Assembly (NCBI GenBank): GCA_050951925.1
Contig: JBMNJZ010000001.1
Span: 464,284-528,283, forward strand
Length of the DNA stretch: 64,000 nt
Origin: Saccharofermentanales bacterium
GTDB taxonomy: Bacteria; Bacillota; Clostridia; Saccharofermentanales; DTU023
Reading direction: 5' to 3'
Of this stretch, positions 41,837 through 51,812 are shown one piece after another. Numbering within the stretch: the stretch's first letter is position 1; each line of letters starts with the position of its first letter. Position numbers and translations under genes: made by a program. Below the pieces are notes generated by a model. It was not told where the DNA came from and did not search any database. It worked only from the letters and a program-made list of their open reading frames with translations.

Positions 41837-43779
41837 AAAAGTTATATAATCAATTTTCCTGGTTTTTGCGCGATTTCGGCAAAACCTATATCTTAGCTAC
41901 ACTGTCTGTTGTTCTGAACAATGTTCTGATGCTGATACCGCCGTGGGCAATCGGCTATTTAGCTGATCTGATCGTAACCGGCCGGATTCGCCTTGATACT
42001 TTTTACAGTTATATAATGGTTCTGATCGTAGTGATCGGCTTGCTCTACCTGCTTAACTATATATGGCAGTACCTGATTTTTTTGGGCGGCGATGAGATAG
42101 GCCGGGCCGCCCGGCGCTTATTGGTGACTAAGTATCTGCGGCAGAGCCCGCCTTTTTTCACCAAGAATTCAACCGGCAGTCTGATGGGCAAGGCCACCAA
42201 TGATGTGGATGCCATCTCCGAGATGGCCGGTTACGGGATGATGACGCTGCTGGACTCAACTTTGTATCCTTTGGCCCTGATCCTGATTATGGTTATCGCT
42301 ATCTCATGGAAGCTGACGCTGGCAGCAGTTTTGCCTCTGACTTTGCTTATCTACTTTTCCAAGCTGATTGGCAAGGCTCTTTACAGCCGTTTCTATGCTG
42401 CCCAGCAAGCCTTTGATGAGATGAATGATAAAGTGCTGGAAAATGTGGCCGGTGTGCGTGTGGTCCGCGCTTTTGACAAAGGCGAAGAAGAGATCGCCGG
42501 CTTCGTGCGGACGGCACAGAATCTGTACAGTAAGAATATGTCTCTGGTACGGATGAGTGCTTTATTCGGGCCGGTCTCTCGCGCAGTTTCAGGTATCAGC
42601 CATACCGTAGCCTTAGCTTATGGCGCTTATCTGATTTCCGTACGGGAGCTCAGTCCGGGCAGCCTGGTTTCTTTTCTTTTTTATCTTGATATGCTGAACT
42701 GGCCGATGCTGGCTGTAGGCGAATTCATCAATGTTTCCCAGCAAGCTTCAGCTTCAATGGAAAGAATACAAGAACTGCTGTCCTATAGCGAAGATATCGT
42801 ATTCGACCCTGAGGCCGCGGACTATCCTGGTGGCGGCGGGATCAGATTTGAGCAAGTCAGCTTTACCTATCCCGATGAAGAGCAACCGGCATTGCAACAG
42901 CTTGATTTTGAGCTGGCTGCCGGAGAAACTCTGGGCGTGGTTGGTAAAGTAGGCAGCGGGAAAACTACTTTGCTCAAGCAGCTCTTGCGCTTTTATCCGC
43001 GGAAAGGCGGACGGATTTTGCTGGGAGGTCAACCTCTGGAAGCATATTCCCGGCGCAGCATCCGGGCTGCGATCGGCTATGTGCCGCAGCAACCTTTCCT
43101 CTTTTCGCGCACAATCAGAGCCAATATTGAGCTTGGCGCTCCTGAGGGTGCCGTCTTGTCAGCTGAGCCGGAGCAAGCGGCGCGGATTTCTTACCGTCCG
43201 GTCATCGATCCTGACAATACCCTGGGCTATTCAGCTCTGGAACCGGAGTTGGCTACTGCCCCGGATTTTGTCGCTGCAGCTGATACAGCGACCGGGATTT
43301 CCCTGGAAGAAGCCATTGATCTGGCGGATTTCCGCAAGGATCTGGCTCAGTTGCCGGATGGCCTGGACACTCTGGCGGGCGAAAAGGGCATTGCGCTTTC
43401 CGGCGGACAGAAACAACGTATTACTATTGCTCGCGCCCTTATGAAAGATCCGGAGATCCTAATCCTGGATGACTGTCTGTCGGCAGTGGATGCCAATACG
43501 GAAGAAACTGTCTTGAAAGCGCTAAAAGAAAAGAGAGCAGGGCGGATTACCCTGATCAGTTCGCACCGGATCTCCACGATTATGCATTCTGATCTGATTC
43601 TGGTGCTGGATGAGGGACGGATTGTTGAGTGTGGCACGCATGAGGAGCTGTTAGCTGCCGGCGGTTGGTATAGAAGGCAATATGAGAGACAGAAATTGGA
43701 AAAAGAAAAACAAATTCCGTCTCCGGCAGCAAAGGTGGATCCCGGACAGGAAGGAGGGTTATGCTTTGAAACAGACTAA
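41833..43779 (+). CDS. ABC exporter half-transporter (permease+NBD), partner 1, with ~45-aa insertion in the NBD
   Basis: There is a TM half. The NBD has GKVGSGKTT, LSGGQKQRITIARAL and ILILDDCLSAVD. Extra sequence sits between the Q-loop region and the signature motif. Confidence 0.8.
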   Translation: MKKLYNQFSWFLRDFGKTYILATLSVVLNNVLMLIPPWAIGYLADLIVTGRIRLDTFYSYIMVLIVVIGLLYLLNYIWQYLIFLGGDEIGRAARRLLVTKYLRQSPPFFTKNSTGSLMGKATNDVDAISEMAGYGMMTLLDSTLYPLALILIMVIAISWKLTLAAVLPLTLLIYFSKLIGKALYSRFYAAQQAFDEMNDKVLENVAGVRVVRAFDKGEEEIAGFVRTAQNLYSKNMSLVRMSALFGPVSRAVSGISHTVALAYGAYLISVRELSPGSLVSFLFYLDMLNWPMLAVGEFINVSQQASASMERIQELLSYSEDIVFDPEAADYPGGGGIRFEQVSFTYPDEEQPALQQLDFELAAGETLGVVGKVGSGKTTLLKQLLRFYPRKGGRILLGGQPLEAYSRRSIRAAIGYVPQQPFLFSRTIRANIELGAPEGAVLSAEPEQAARISYRPVIDPDNTLGYSALEPELATAPDFVAAADTATGISLEEAIDLADFRKDLAQLPDGLDTLAGEKGIALSGGQKQRITIARALMKDPEILILDDCLSAVDANTEETVLKALKEKRAGRITLISSHRISTIMHSDLILVLDEGRIVECGTHEELLAAGGWYRRQYERQKLEKEKQIPSPAAKVDPGQEGGLCFETD

Positions 43780-45535
43780 GTCACAAAAAAAGCGGGAGCA
43801 ATCCCGGCAAAGCCGTCTGCTCAAATACAGCTTAAGCGCTAAAACAACTCTCCTGCAGGGGCTTTTCGTAACCGGGTTAACCGTTGCCAGCAGTCTGTTG
43901 GCTCCGTATCTGGTTAAGTATCTGCTCGATAATGAACTGAGTACAGGAGCCGGACTCAGGGTTAACTTTCTGATCTTGGTTCTGGCTTCCTATCTGGGAA
44001 CGATTCTGATTTCGGCGGTCATGCGCTATTTCAGCACTTTGCTGCTGCATAAGGCAGCTAATAAAATAGCTATGCGGATGCAGCTGGACGCCTTCGCGCA
44101 TGTGCAAAAACTGCCCATAAAGTTCTTTGATCAGTTGCCGGCAGGTCAGGTTGTGTCACGCATAACAAATGATACGAAAGCGGTTCGGGTTCTGTATCAG
44201 GTAGTATTGGCCCAGTTAATGTTAGCTGGCATCTATGCGCTCGGCATCTATATCGGTCTGGCTCTGATCGATCCTTTCCTGATCCTGATAGCTTTGACAT
44301 CTGTTCCGGTCATGTATTTACTCTTTCGGGACTTCAAGGGCAAGTCGGCTAAATACAACCGGATTTACCGCAGTAAGCTGAGTGAGCTGAACGGCAATCT
44401 CAATGAGAATATCCAGGCGATGGAGGTTATCTCCAGTCTGGGCAAGGAAAAGCAGATCTACCGGGAGTTTAGCGTCATTTCCGACCAGGTGTATGAACAG
44501 TCCCGGAATATGACCAGGTTGTTTAGCTACAGCGCTTTCAATGCTACTCAGACAATACAGTATCTGCTGCTGGCCGCGGTCCTGCTGTACTTTGGTTTCG
44601 GACATTTGACCGCAGCTTATTGGGTGCCGATCGGAACGCTCTATGTTTTTGTCGATTATATGTTGATCCTATTCAATCAGCTCAACAATGCCATGACCAG
44701 AGTCGGTGATCTGGAGAGAGCGCGCAGTGCGGCCGACCACATTTTTGAACTGCTGGATCTGGAAACGGTCCGCGAGGGAACCAGGATGGCTCCTGTCTCT
44801 ACGGGAAGAATTGCTTTTGAGAATGTCACCTTTGCCTATGACGAAGAGGCTGTTCTTAAAGATATCAATTTCGAAGTCGCTCCCGGACAGACAGTTGCCT
44901 TCGTGGGTCAGACCGGTTCCGGCAAAAGTACAATCATGAATCTGCTCTTTGCTTTCTACCAGCCGCAGCAGGGCAGGATTCTGTTTGAGGGTGAACCGCT
45001 GGCAGAACTGGATTATAAGAGTTTCCGACGTCAGATGGCAATCGTATTGCAGGACCCCTTTCTGTTCACGGGCACGATCTTGTCCAATATCACTTTGGAC
45101 CGGGCGCATATAAGCCGCGCGGATGCCGAAAGAGCTTTGCGCGAAGTTGGCGGCGGTCAGTTCCTGGAGCGATTGGAACATGGCCTTGATACCGAAGTAA
45201 TTGAAAAAGGCGCCGGTTTTTCCTCAGGTGAGCGCCAGTTGATTTCGTTCGCCCGCGCTCTGGCTCACAATCCTCGCATTCTCGTCCTGGACGAAGCCAC
45301 TTCCAGTATTGACTCCGAGACCGAGAGCGCCATACAAAGTGCCATGCGCCGTCTGGAAGAGGGGCGAACCACTTTGATTATCGCCCATCGCCTCTCAACC
45401 ATCCGCCATGCTGATCAGATTATCGTCCTTGACCAAGGCCGTATCGCGGAACAGGGTGTCCATGACGAATTGATCGCCATGAACGGCATTTACCGCTCTA
45501 TGTACGAAGCTCAGTCCCAAGAGATTTACTCCTAG
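43766..45535 (+). CDS. ABC exporter half-transporter, partner 2
   Basis: The probable TTG start at 43766 lies 8 nt after AGGAGG and overlaps the end of partner 1. The NBD has GQTGSGKST, FSSGERQLISFARAL and ILVLDEATSSID. Confidence 0.8.
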   Translation: MKQTKSQKKREQSRQSRLLKYSLSAKTTLLQGLFVTGLTVASSLLAPYLVKYLLDNELSTGAGLRVNFLILVLASYLGTILISAVMRYFSTLLLHKAANKIAMRMQLDAFAHVQKLPIKFFDQLPAGQVVSRITNDTKAVRVLYQVVLAQLMLAGIYALGIYIGLALIDPFLILIALTSVPVMYLLFRDFKGKSAKYNRIYRSKLSELNGNLNENIQAMEVISSLGKEKQIYREFSVISDQVYEQSRNMTRLFSYSAFNATQTIQYLLLAAVLLYFGFGHLTAAYWVPIGTLYVFVDYMLILFNQLNNAMTRVGDLERARSAADHIFELLDLETVREGTRMAPVSTGRIAFENVTFAYDEEAVLKDINFEVAPGQTVAFVGQTGSGKSTIMNLLFAFYQPQQGRILFEGEPLAELDYKSFRRQMAIVLQDPFLFTGTILSNITLDRAHISRADAERALREVGGGQFLERLEHGLDTEVIEKGAGFSSGERQLISFARALAHNPRILVLDEATSSIDSETESAIQSAMRRLEEGRTTLIIAHRLSTIRHADQIIVLDQGRIAEQGVHDELIAMNGIYRSMYEAQSQEIYS

Positions 45536-45621
45536 CGGTTTAAGTCAATCTCAGCTATAATTCTTTGAATCGGCATTCGGACAAAAATATGGATTTAGGA
45601 TAGGATATTCACGACAGCAGT

Positions 45622-46605
45622 ATGAACAATTCAAATCAAGACAAAGTCACGAAACAGAAAAAACCTTATCTGCATTTATTTTTGCTTGTCATTACGGCAG
45701 TAATCTGGGGCGCGTCCTTTATTGCGCAGAAAACAGGCATGGATTATGTCGGCCCCTTTACTTACAACGGGGTGCGGATGCTCTTGGGCGGCACGGTTTT
45801 GCTGCCCGTGATTTACTTTATGCGCAAAACCGGCCACACCAGCAAAATTGGTATGGATGAATTGCTGGAAATTCGCGGGGTCAGCCGAATTGAAGATTTG
45901 CCTTGGTATGATCGCAAACCTCAGCTGTACGGCGGTATCTTTGCCGGCCTGATGCTCTTTGTAGCCAGCAGCCTGCAACAGCATGGCGTTCAGTACACAA
46001 CTACCGGCAAAGCCGGCTTTATTACGGCGATGTATGTGATACTGGTTCCTGTGGTCGGAATTTTTCTGCGCCACAAAACCAGGATTGCCGACTGGCTGTC
46101 GGTTTTTCTGGCGGTATCAGGCTTTTATTTTCTGAGCATAACAGAAGATATTACTATTGCTAAAGGAGACCTGTATCTGCTACTGGGAGCCTTTTGCTAT
46201 TCATTCCATATTCTGATTCTCAATCATTATTCGCCGATTGTGGATGGTGTGACGCTGGCTTCAACGCAGTTTCTTGTGACCGGTCTGCTTTCGATGGTGC
46301 CGATGTTTATCTTCGAGTCGCCTAATCTCAACGCCATCGCTGATGCTGCTCTGCCGATTTTTTACTCAGGAGCCTTGTCTTCCGGCGTCGGATTTACGCT
46401 GCAAGTTATCGGCCTGCAGAAAGTGCCGCCCACACAGGCTTCTCTGATTACATCCCAGGAATCTACCTTGTCCGTCATTTTCGGCTGGCTGATTCTGGGA
46501 GAAGTTATGTCCGGACGGGAAATTTTCGGTTGTCTTCTTATGTTGGCGGGCATCCTGATTTCCCAGCTCACCCCGACCAAGGACTACGACAAGCTTCACT
46601 CCTAG
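45622..46605 (+). CDS. DMT-superfamily (EamA) transporter
   Basis: About 10 TMs are predicted. The N-terminus ..LLVITAVIWGASFIAQK.. is typical of EamA repeats. Confidence 0.75.
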   Translation: MNNSNQDKVTKQKKPYLHLFLLVITAVIWGASFIAQKTGMDYVGPFTYNGVRMLLGGTVLLPVIYFMRKTGHTSKIGMDELLEIRGVSRIEDLPWYDRKPQLYGGIFAGLMLFVASSLQQHGVQYTTTGKAGFITAMYVILVPVVGIFLRHKTRIADWLSVFLAVSGFYFLSITEDITIAKGDLYLLLGAFCYSFHILILNHYSPIVDGVTLASTQFLVTGLLSMVPMFIFESPNLNAIADAALPIFYSGALSSGVGFTLQVIGLQKVPPTQASLITSQESTLSVIFGWLILGEVMSGREIFGCLLMLAGILISQLTPTKDYDKLHS

Positions 46606-46919
46606 CCTACCGATAATTTACATCCTGTGATTTGTACTGCAAGTTTTAGTGTGCTAGAATTTCGACTTAGATAAGAGTTAATTAGCCGGACAAATTTGAT
46701 AGGCTGAAGGCATATGCAGGGTGAGCTAAATTACGCTAAATCTCGTACGCCGGATAGGTGCCTTCTTGATGCCCGTATCTTAGTCTTAAGTTCAATCTCC
46801 CTGCCTTGTCAAACTATGCCGGCCAGAGTCAACTGACCTCAGTCTGCCCCTGCGCATAATACATTAAGGGGATATCTGCGGCCGGCGTCAGTTGACTGAG
46901 CAGAGGAAGGAGCCGATAT

Positions 46920-49900
46920 ATGTATTGTAGTAAGTGTGGCTTTAACAATGAAGACGGCATGCGTTTTTGCATCAATTGCGGACAGCAACTGGATCAAGAG
47001 ATGCCACGGCAGTCCCCGGTCCGGCAGCCCGAACAGCCACAGACTTTGACCGGGCGGCAGGCTGCACCGCCTCAGAGCGCTGAGCCGGGTATGATGCCGC
47101 CGCTGCAGGCCGGGCAGGCACCTCCGCCGCAGGCTGGGCAGGTATCTCCGCTGCAGGCCGGGCAGGCACCTCCGCCGCAGGCTGGGCAGGTATCTCCGCC
47201 GCAGGCTGGGCAGGTATCTCCGCCGCAGGCCGGGCAGGCACCTCCGCCGCAGTGGGGACAGGTACCACAACAAGCCCCCGGCCCGGGCATGGCTCCTCCC
47301 CCGCCATTTCCGGGACAGGCAGCCCCGCCGCAGTGGGGACAGGTACCACAACAAGCCCCCGGCCAGGGCATGCCCCCACCCCCGCCATTCCCGGGACAAG
47401 CAGTGCCGCCAATTTGGGCCGGACAGCAAGCACCCCCTCCTCGGCCGGCTAAGAAAAAGAAAAAAGGCCTCATTATCACGCTATCAATAGTAAGTGTATT
47501 GGTATTGTTAATCGCCGGATTCCTTATTTATTCTTTACCGTTGAAGCCGGTGATCATCCTTGACGGTACGCGACAGACGCTGAATGGCAGTATTGATGAT
47601 CTGTCCCTGTCGGTTAAGACTAATCAGTTGATCAAAGAGGTCCGTTATGCCTTAGATCCCGAAGATCCTGAAGACCCCGATGCCTATACAGTATTAGAAG
47701 ATATTGAAGGCGGCATTTTCAGCAAGGAGGGCAAACTGCCCAAGCTCAGCCTTGACAAGGCTATTAATGAATCATCTAAAGAGCGGGGGCCTTGGCAGCG
47801 CACAAATGCCAATGCCAGACTAGGCAACCACACGCTGTATATTACAGTTAAGACTATGTTCGGCACCTCCAAACCGATGCCCTTCAATTTGCTCTATGCT
47901 TCGGGTATTTCTGCCCTGCCTGACAGAACCAAGATCAGAAAGATTACAGACGGCGAAGTATCCGCTGATGCCCTGATAAATGAACTGCTTGTGTCGCTTG
48001 ACATGGGTGCCGACCGCTCAATCGCCGAGGCTTTGGCAGCAGAAACGGGCGGCAAGATTGTTGGCGAAATCCCGGCAATCTCCCGCTACCAAATCCGCTA
48101 CGACAAGGCGAGTGAAGATGAGATAGCTGCTATCTTGGAGGATCTGCAAGCCAGGCCGGAGGTTCTGACGGCACAGTACAATTATGTTTATGATCGATCC
48201 GAAATCCAGCTCTATCCCAATGATGCTCAATTCGACTCATGGGATATTGACAATCCCGACGGCAATAACTGGGGTCTGGAAGTTATCCGCGCTCCTCTCG
48301 TCTGGAAAGATATAGATTCGCTTACACCGATCTCCGTTGGCGTAGCTGACGGCGGTCTTGAGTATGGTCATGAGGACCTCAATATTGACCGTTCAAATAT
48401 CTATCTCTTTCCCACATATACACTGGAAAGCTTGGATGATATGGAGCTGTATTACGCTAAGTCGGACAAATCGCCGGGCTCTGACTACTATAGTGGTAAG
48501 GAGCACGGAACACATGTCACCGGCATCATTTCAGCTCAGGGCGATAATGATATCGGCTGCGCAGGCGTAAATTGGCAGACAAAACCCTACTTTTTCCATT
48601 ACTGGCATATGGAAGTGAATGAAGATACGGGCGAGCTGGATCTCTGGAATGTGACGACCTCATTCGAGCTGGAGGTAACATTAACTACACTGGTTGAACA
48701 GGGCTGCCGCGTTATTAACTACAGCGTCGGCGATTCCGTACCCTCGGCACCCGGCAGCAAGCACGAGTATATTGAGACGCAGGCTTACGGTGACCTCTGT
48801 CTGCGTCTTGAAAGCTTGGGCTATGATTTCCTTGTCTTCAAGGCAGCCGGCAATGAAACTGAAGATGCCTCAGCTTTTGCTATGAACAGGATCATGACAG
48901 GCACCGATGAGGCCCGCCGCCATACGGTAATCGTCGGGGCTATTGAGAATACGCCGATTGAATATGATGATGATGTAGATGAGCGTATCAAATATGCTTA
49001 TCAGCTCAGCGGCTATTCGAATTATGGCAGCCTCGTTGATGTAGCTGCGCCCGGCACGGATATCTTCAGTACTGTGCCCGATAATGGTTATGTGAATATG
49101 CCGGGCACCTCTATGGCTTCGCCGATGGCTGCCGGTGTTGCCTCCTTGATCTACGGCGCCCATCCTGAATATACTGCTTCCCAGGTCAAAGCTATCTTAA
49201 AAGAAGAAACTGACACCTTTACTACGGACGGTACCAATCTTATCCCTGTAGTCAATGCAGCCCTGGCTTCGGACTATGCCAAGACGGGTGAACTGCCGGA
49301 GATGCCGCCGGGCGAAGTAATTCCTGATCCCGGTTTTACGCCCTACCCCGGACCTCCGACGCCCAGCGCGCCGAGCCCGACGCCGACACCGGACATAACA
49401 GAACCGACACCGGACATAACAGAACCGACACCGGACATAACAGAACCGACACCGGAGCCTAAGCCCGTCAAACCGGATCCGGGCAATGATGTGATTAATA
49501 TACCCGGTCATACGCCCTTCGCTCCACAAGAGGGCCGGTGCGGCTTTACTGCCTTCGTCTACGATGCTGTGACAAAGCAGCCCGTATCCTCCTTCCGTCT
49601 TGAGAACATAATCTGGCTGACCGGTAGTCGGGGTGATCCCCAAATTTTCGATTGGCCTTATCCGGATAACTTTTTGGCCAAGATAGAAGGGGAGTTCATA
49701 ATTTGGGCAAAAATGTCCGATGATAATCCTGATACGGATACGATGCAAGCCTTTGATATCGTGGCTGACGGTTATGAGACTTACCATATATCAGCTTTCC
49801 CTGTCGAGGAGCGCGCTGTTACGGATCTGGGCATTATCTATCTGACACCTACAGGCGCCAATCAGCCGCCCTCAGGGATGGGCCAGATCGCTGTCATCTT

Positions 49901-50351
49901 GGACTGGGGCGCAAAGCCCGCCGATCTGGATTTACATGCTACAGCTCCTCTTACTGACGGTGATAAGAGGTTCCACATCTTTGCCTATGATTCAAACCTC
50001 AATTTTGGCAGCGGCGGGGACTATCCCGATGCTTTGATGACGTCGCAAAGCGATAGTAGCTACGGCACGGAAAGCATCACAATCTTCACCCCGCGGCCCG
50101 GTGTGCCCTACACCTTCTATGTCCATGACTTTACCAATACGGCCAAAAAGAGTGATGCCTGGGACCTGGCTAATTCAGGGGCTGAGGTGAGAGTTTACTT
50201 AAATGCCCTCGACGACCAGCCCATTGTTTTTAATGTGCCTAATCAAGAGGGTACACTATGGGAGGTCTGTACGATCCTGGATGGCGAAGTTAGTTCCACT
50301 CACAGTATGAGCTATGAGGGACGACCTTTAAATATCGGTGTCTCTGATTAA
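46920..50351 (+). CDS. Zn-ribbon / Pro-rich repeat / TM / subtilisin-like S8 peptidase / PT-linker / unknown C-terminal domain protein
   Basis: The order is: MYCSKCGFNNEDGMRFCINCGQQL zinc ribbon, PPQAGQ repeats, KKKKKGLIITLSIVSVLVLLIAGFLIY TM, then the S8 catalytic triad. The triad context is VGVADGG (Asp), HGTHVTGII (His) and GTSMASPMAAGV (Ser). It is followed by (PDITEPT)x3 and a ~300-aa C-terminal domain. Confidence 0.8.
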   Translation: MYCSKCGFNNEDGMRFCINCGQQLDQEMPRQSPVRQPEQPQTLTGRQAAPPQSAEPGMMPPLQAGQAPPPQAGQVSPLQAGQAPPPQAGQVSPPQAGQVSPPQAGQAPPPQWGQVPQQAPGPGMAPPPPFPGQAAPPQWGQVPQQAPGQGMPPPPPFPGQAVPPIWAGQQAPPPRPAKKKKKGLIITLSIVSVLVLLIAGFLIYSLPLKPVIILDGTRQTLNGSIDDLSLSVKTNQLIKEVRYALDPEDPEDPDAYTVLEDIEGGIFSKEGKLPKLSLDKAINESSKERGPWQRTNANARLGNHTLYITVKTMFGTSKPMPFNLLYASGISALPDRTKIRKITDGEVSADALINELLVSLDMGADRSIAEALAAETGGKIVGEIPAISRYQIRYDKASEDEIAAILEDLQARPEVLTAQYNYVYDRSEIQLYPNDAQFDSWDIDNPDGNNWGLEVIRAPLVWKDIDSLTPISVGVADGGLEYGHEDLNIDRSNIYLFPTYTLESLDDMELYYAKSDKSPGSDYYSGKEHGTHVTGIISAQGDNDIGCAGVNWQTKPYFFHYWHMEVNEDTGELDLWNVTTSFELEVTLTTLVEQGCRVINYSVGDSVPSAPGSKHEYIETQAYGDLCLRLESLGYDFLVFKAAGNETEDASAFAMNRIMTGTDEARRHTVIVGAIENTPIEYDDDVDERIKYAYQLSGYSNYGSLVDVAAPGTDIFSTVPDNGYVNMPGTSMASPMAAGVASLIYGAHPEYTASQVKAILKEETDTFTTDGTNLIPVVNAALASDYAKTGELPEMPPGEVIPDPGFTPYPGPPTPSAPSPTPTPDITEPTPDITEPTPDITEPTPEPKPVKPDPGNDVINIPGHTPFAPQEGRCGFTAFVYDAVTKQPVSSFRLENIIWLTGSRGDPQIFDWPYPDNFLAKIEGEFIIWAKMSDDNPDTDTMQAFDIVADGYETYHISAFPVEERAVTDLGIIYLTPTGANQPPSGMGQIAVILDWGAKPADLDLHATAPLTDGDKRFHIFAYDSNLNFGSGGDYPDALMTSQSDSSYGTESITIFTPRPGVPYTFYVHDFTNTAKKSDAWDLANSGAEVRVYLNALDDQPIVFNVPNQEGTLWEVCTILDGEVSSTHSMSYEGRPLNIGVSD
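47096..47405 (+). repeat. coding tandem repeats: ~7 x 21 nt (PPQAGQx) then 2 x 81 nt
   Basis: The unit ccgccgcaggc[ct]gggcagg[ct]a[ct]ct is iterated from 47096 to ~47250. The 81-nt unit ccgccgcagtggggacaggtaccacaacaagccccc... occurs at 47244 and 47325. Confidence 0.9.
49383..49456 (+). repeat. perfect 21-nt coding tandem repeat x3.5 (PDITEPT)
   Basis: ccgacaccggacataacagaa occurs at 49383, 49404 and 49425, with a partial copy at 49446. Confidence 0.95.
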
Positions 50352-50445
50352 TAAATAAGCGTATTCTGTGGTGAGAATTCGGGCATTGGATAGTCAATGG
50401 GCAGAAGCTATATAAGCTAGACTCTCAACTGAGATTGGTAAAAAT

Positions 50446-50481
50446 AAAACCCCGCCGGATCGAACCGTGCGGGGTTTTATT
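50446..50481. terminator. bidirectional intrinsic terminator
   Basis: AAAACCCCGC (50446-50455) pairs with GCGGGGTTTT (50469-50478). It lies between convergent genes. Confidence 0.8.
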
Positions 50482-50583
50482 GTGCGCCGGCAGCGGTAAT
50501 TCTTCGCTATTGTCCAGACTTACCGCTCTGTTGGCAGATCGCAGTCTTTTACGCCTCTGCAACCGTTGATGCCTAATAGCTTG

Positions 50584-51687
50584 CTACTCATAGCTGACTG
50601 TTTTCAGGGCGCGGCCGTCGACGACGATAATCCAGGTCAAACCCGGGTTCAAGACCAGTTCCTCACCTTCCAGATAATAAATGATGGGGTCGGTGTGGGA
50701 GGCCTTGCTCCAGGTAATGGTATATTTTTTGCCTCCGGTCAGATAGGTAGCTTCGCCTTTGTCAATCCAGTTGATCTTGTTGTGAACGCCGTTCGGCATC
50801 AGATCGTGCGGCCGGTGCAGGACAATAATATTTGCGACTTTCAGGTCCTTTTTGGTTTGCTCATCAACCAGGACTTTACCGTCATTGTATTTGCGGTAAG
50901 TCTGACTTTTAGCATCATAAGTGAAAGCTTCTTTTGTCTTGGAGAACTGATACTTGATCTTAGTTGCCGTTTCCCCCCCGGCCGGCAGCAGGAATTCACT
51001 TCGGACATAGAGGCCGCGCACGGGTTCTGACGGAGCGATGTCGCCGTATATCTTTCCGGCTCTTTTGTAGGCGGCTTCCATAGTCGTATAGAGATTATGC
51101 GGAGATTTGCGGTGTTCCGTGCGATAATACATGCCGTAATGGCCATGGAGCGCATCGAGACTTCGAATGTTATTCTTGACCGGACTGGCTTCAATGACCT
51201 TGTAATTGCCGGCGTGAACATAAAATGCCCGGTGCTGCGCCACCAGATCCAGATAGGCCGGCCGGGCGCTTCTTACCGGGCCGATGACTCCTTCAGTAGC
51301 GTCGATCAGCATCAACAGCCTGGTAGTCCTGGCCTCGGTCATCATCTGATAGATAAGCTTGGCCTTTGAGAGGCCCGATTGCGGCCTGGCTGCAGCTTTG
51401 TTATTAATCATTGCCGCTATCGGATAGCGGTCCGGGAACAGTAGTTCGACATCACCGCCCGGTAAAGGTGGTTCAGTTTCGGTTGGCTCTGTCTCTGTTA
51501 CTGTTGGTGCTGATATTTCAGTTGCGGGCAAATTCGTGGCAGTCGCTTCTGTCGCTGTTTCACTGCTTGTTTGTACCTGCTCCGTGCCTGTCGTTTCGGA
51601 AAGATCCGTTTCTTCCGCTTTTTTCTTGCAGCCGATAAAGCCGAATGCCAGGAAAACCACCAGCAGAATGATCAGATATTTTTTCAT
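50584..51687 (-). CDS. DUF3048-family lipoprotein (YerB-like)
   Basis: MKKYLIILLVVFLAFGFIGC is the lipobox, followed by a Thr/Glu-rich linker. ..YPIAAMINNKAAARPQSGLSKAKLIYQMMTEARTTRLLML.. is recalled from DUF3048 proteins. Confidence 0.6.
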   Translation of the reverse strand: MKKYLIILLVVFLAFGFIGCKKKAEETDLSETTGTEQVQTSSETATEATATNLPATEISAPTVTETEPTETEPPLPGGDVELLFPDRYPIAAMINNKAAARPQSGLSKAKLIYQMMTEARTTRLLMLIDATEGVIGPVRSARPAYLDLVAQHRAFYVHAGNYKVIEASPVKNNIRSLDALHGHYGMYYRTEHRKSPHNLYTTMEAAYKRAGKIYGDIAPSEPVRGLYVRSEFLLPAGGETATKIKYQFSKTKEAFTYDAKSQTYRKYNDGKVLVDEQTKKDLKVANIIVLHRPHDLMPNGVHNKINWIDKGEATYLTGGKKYTITWSKASHTDPIIYYLEGEELVLNPGLTWIIVVDGRALKTVSYE

Positions 51688-51812
51688 ATAATCTATAGGC
51701 ACCGTTCAAGCACGAGGGCAGACAGTACCTTCCCTCCTGTATGTTCTCTATTTGTTGCCTTTATTCTATCACGCTTTGTTGCCTGCTCTGCCGCGGCACT
51801 GTCTGAGTCGTA

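Noticed and set aside
46839-47479. Three overlapping minus-strand ORFs (46839-47429, 46972-47433, 47072-47479) and a plus-strand alternative-frame ORF (47252-47452) across the Pro-rich repeat.
   Set aside because: These are a by-product of the GC-rich 21/81-nt tandem repeats, which lack stops in several frames. The sense frame continues into a TM and an S8 protease with intact motifs.
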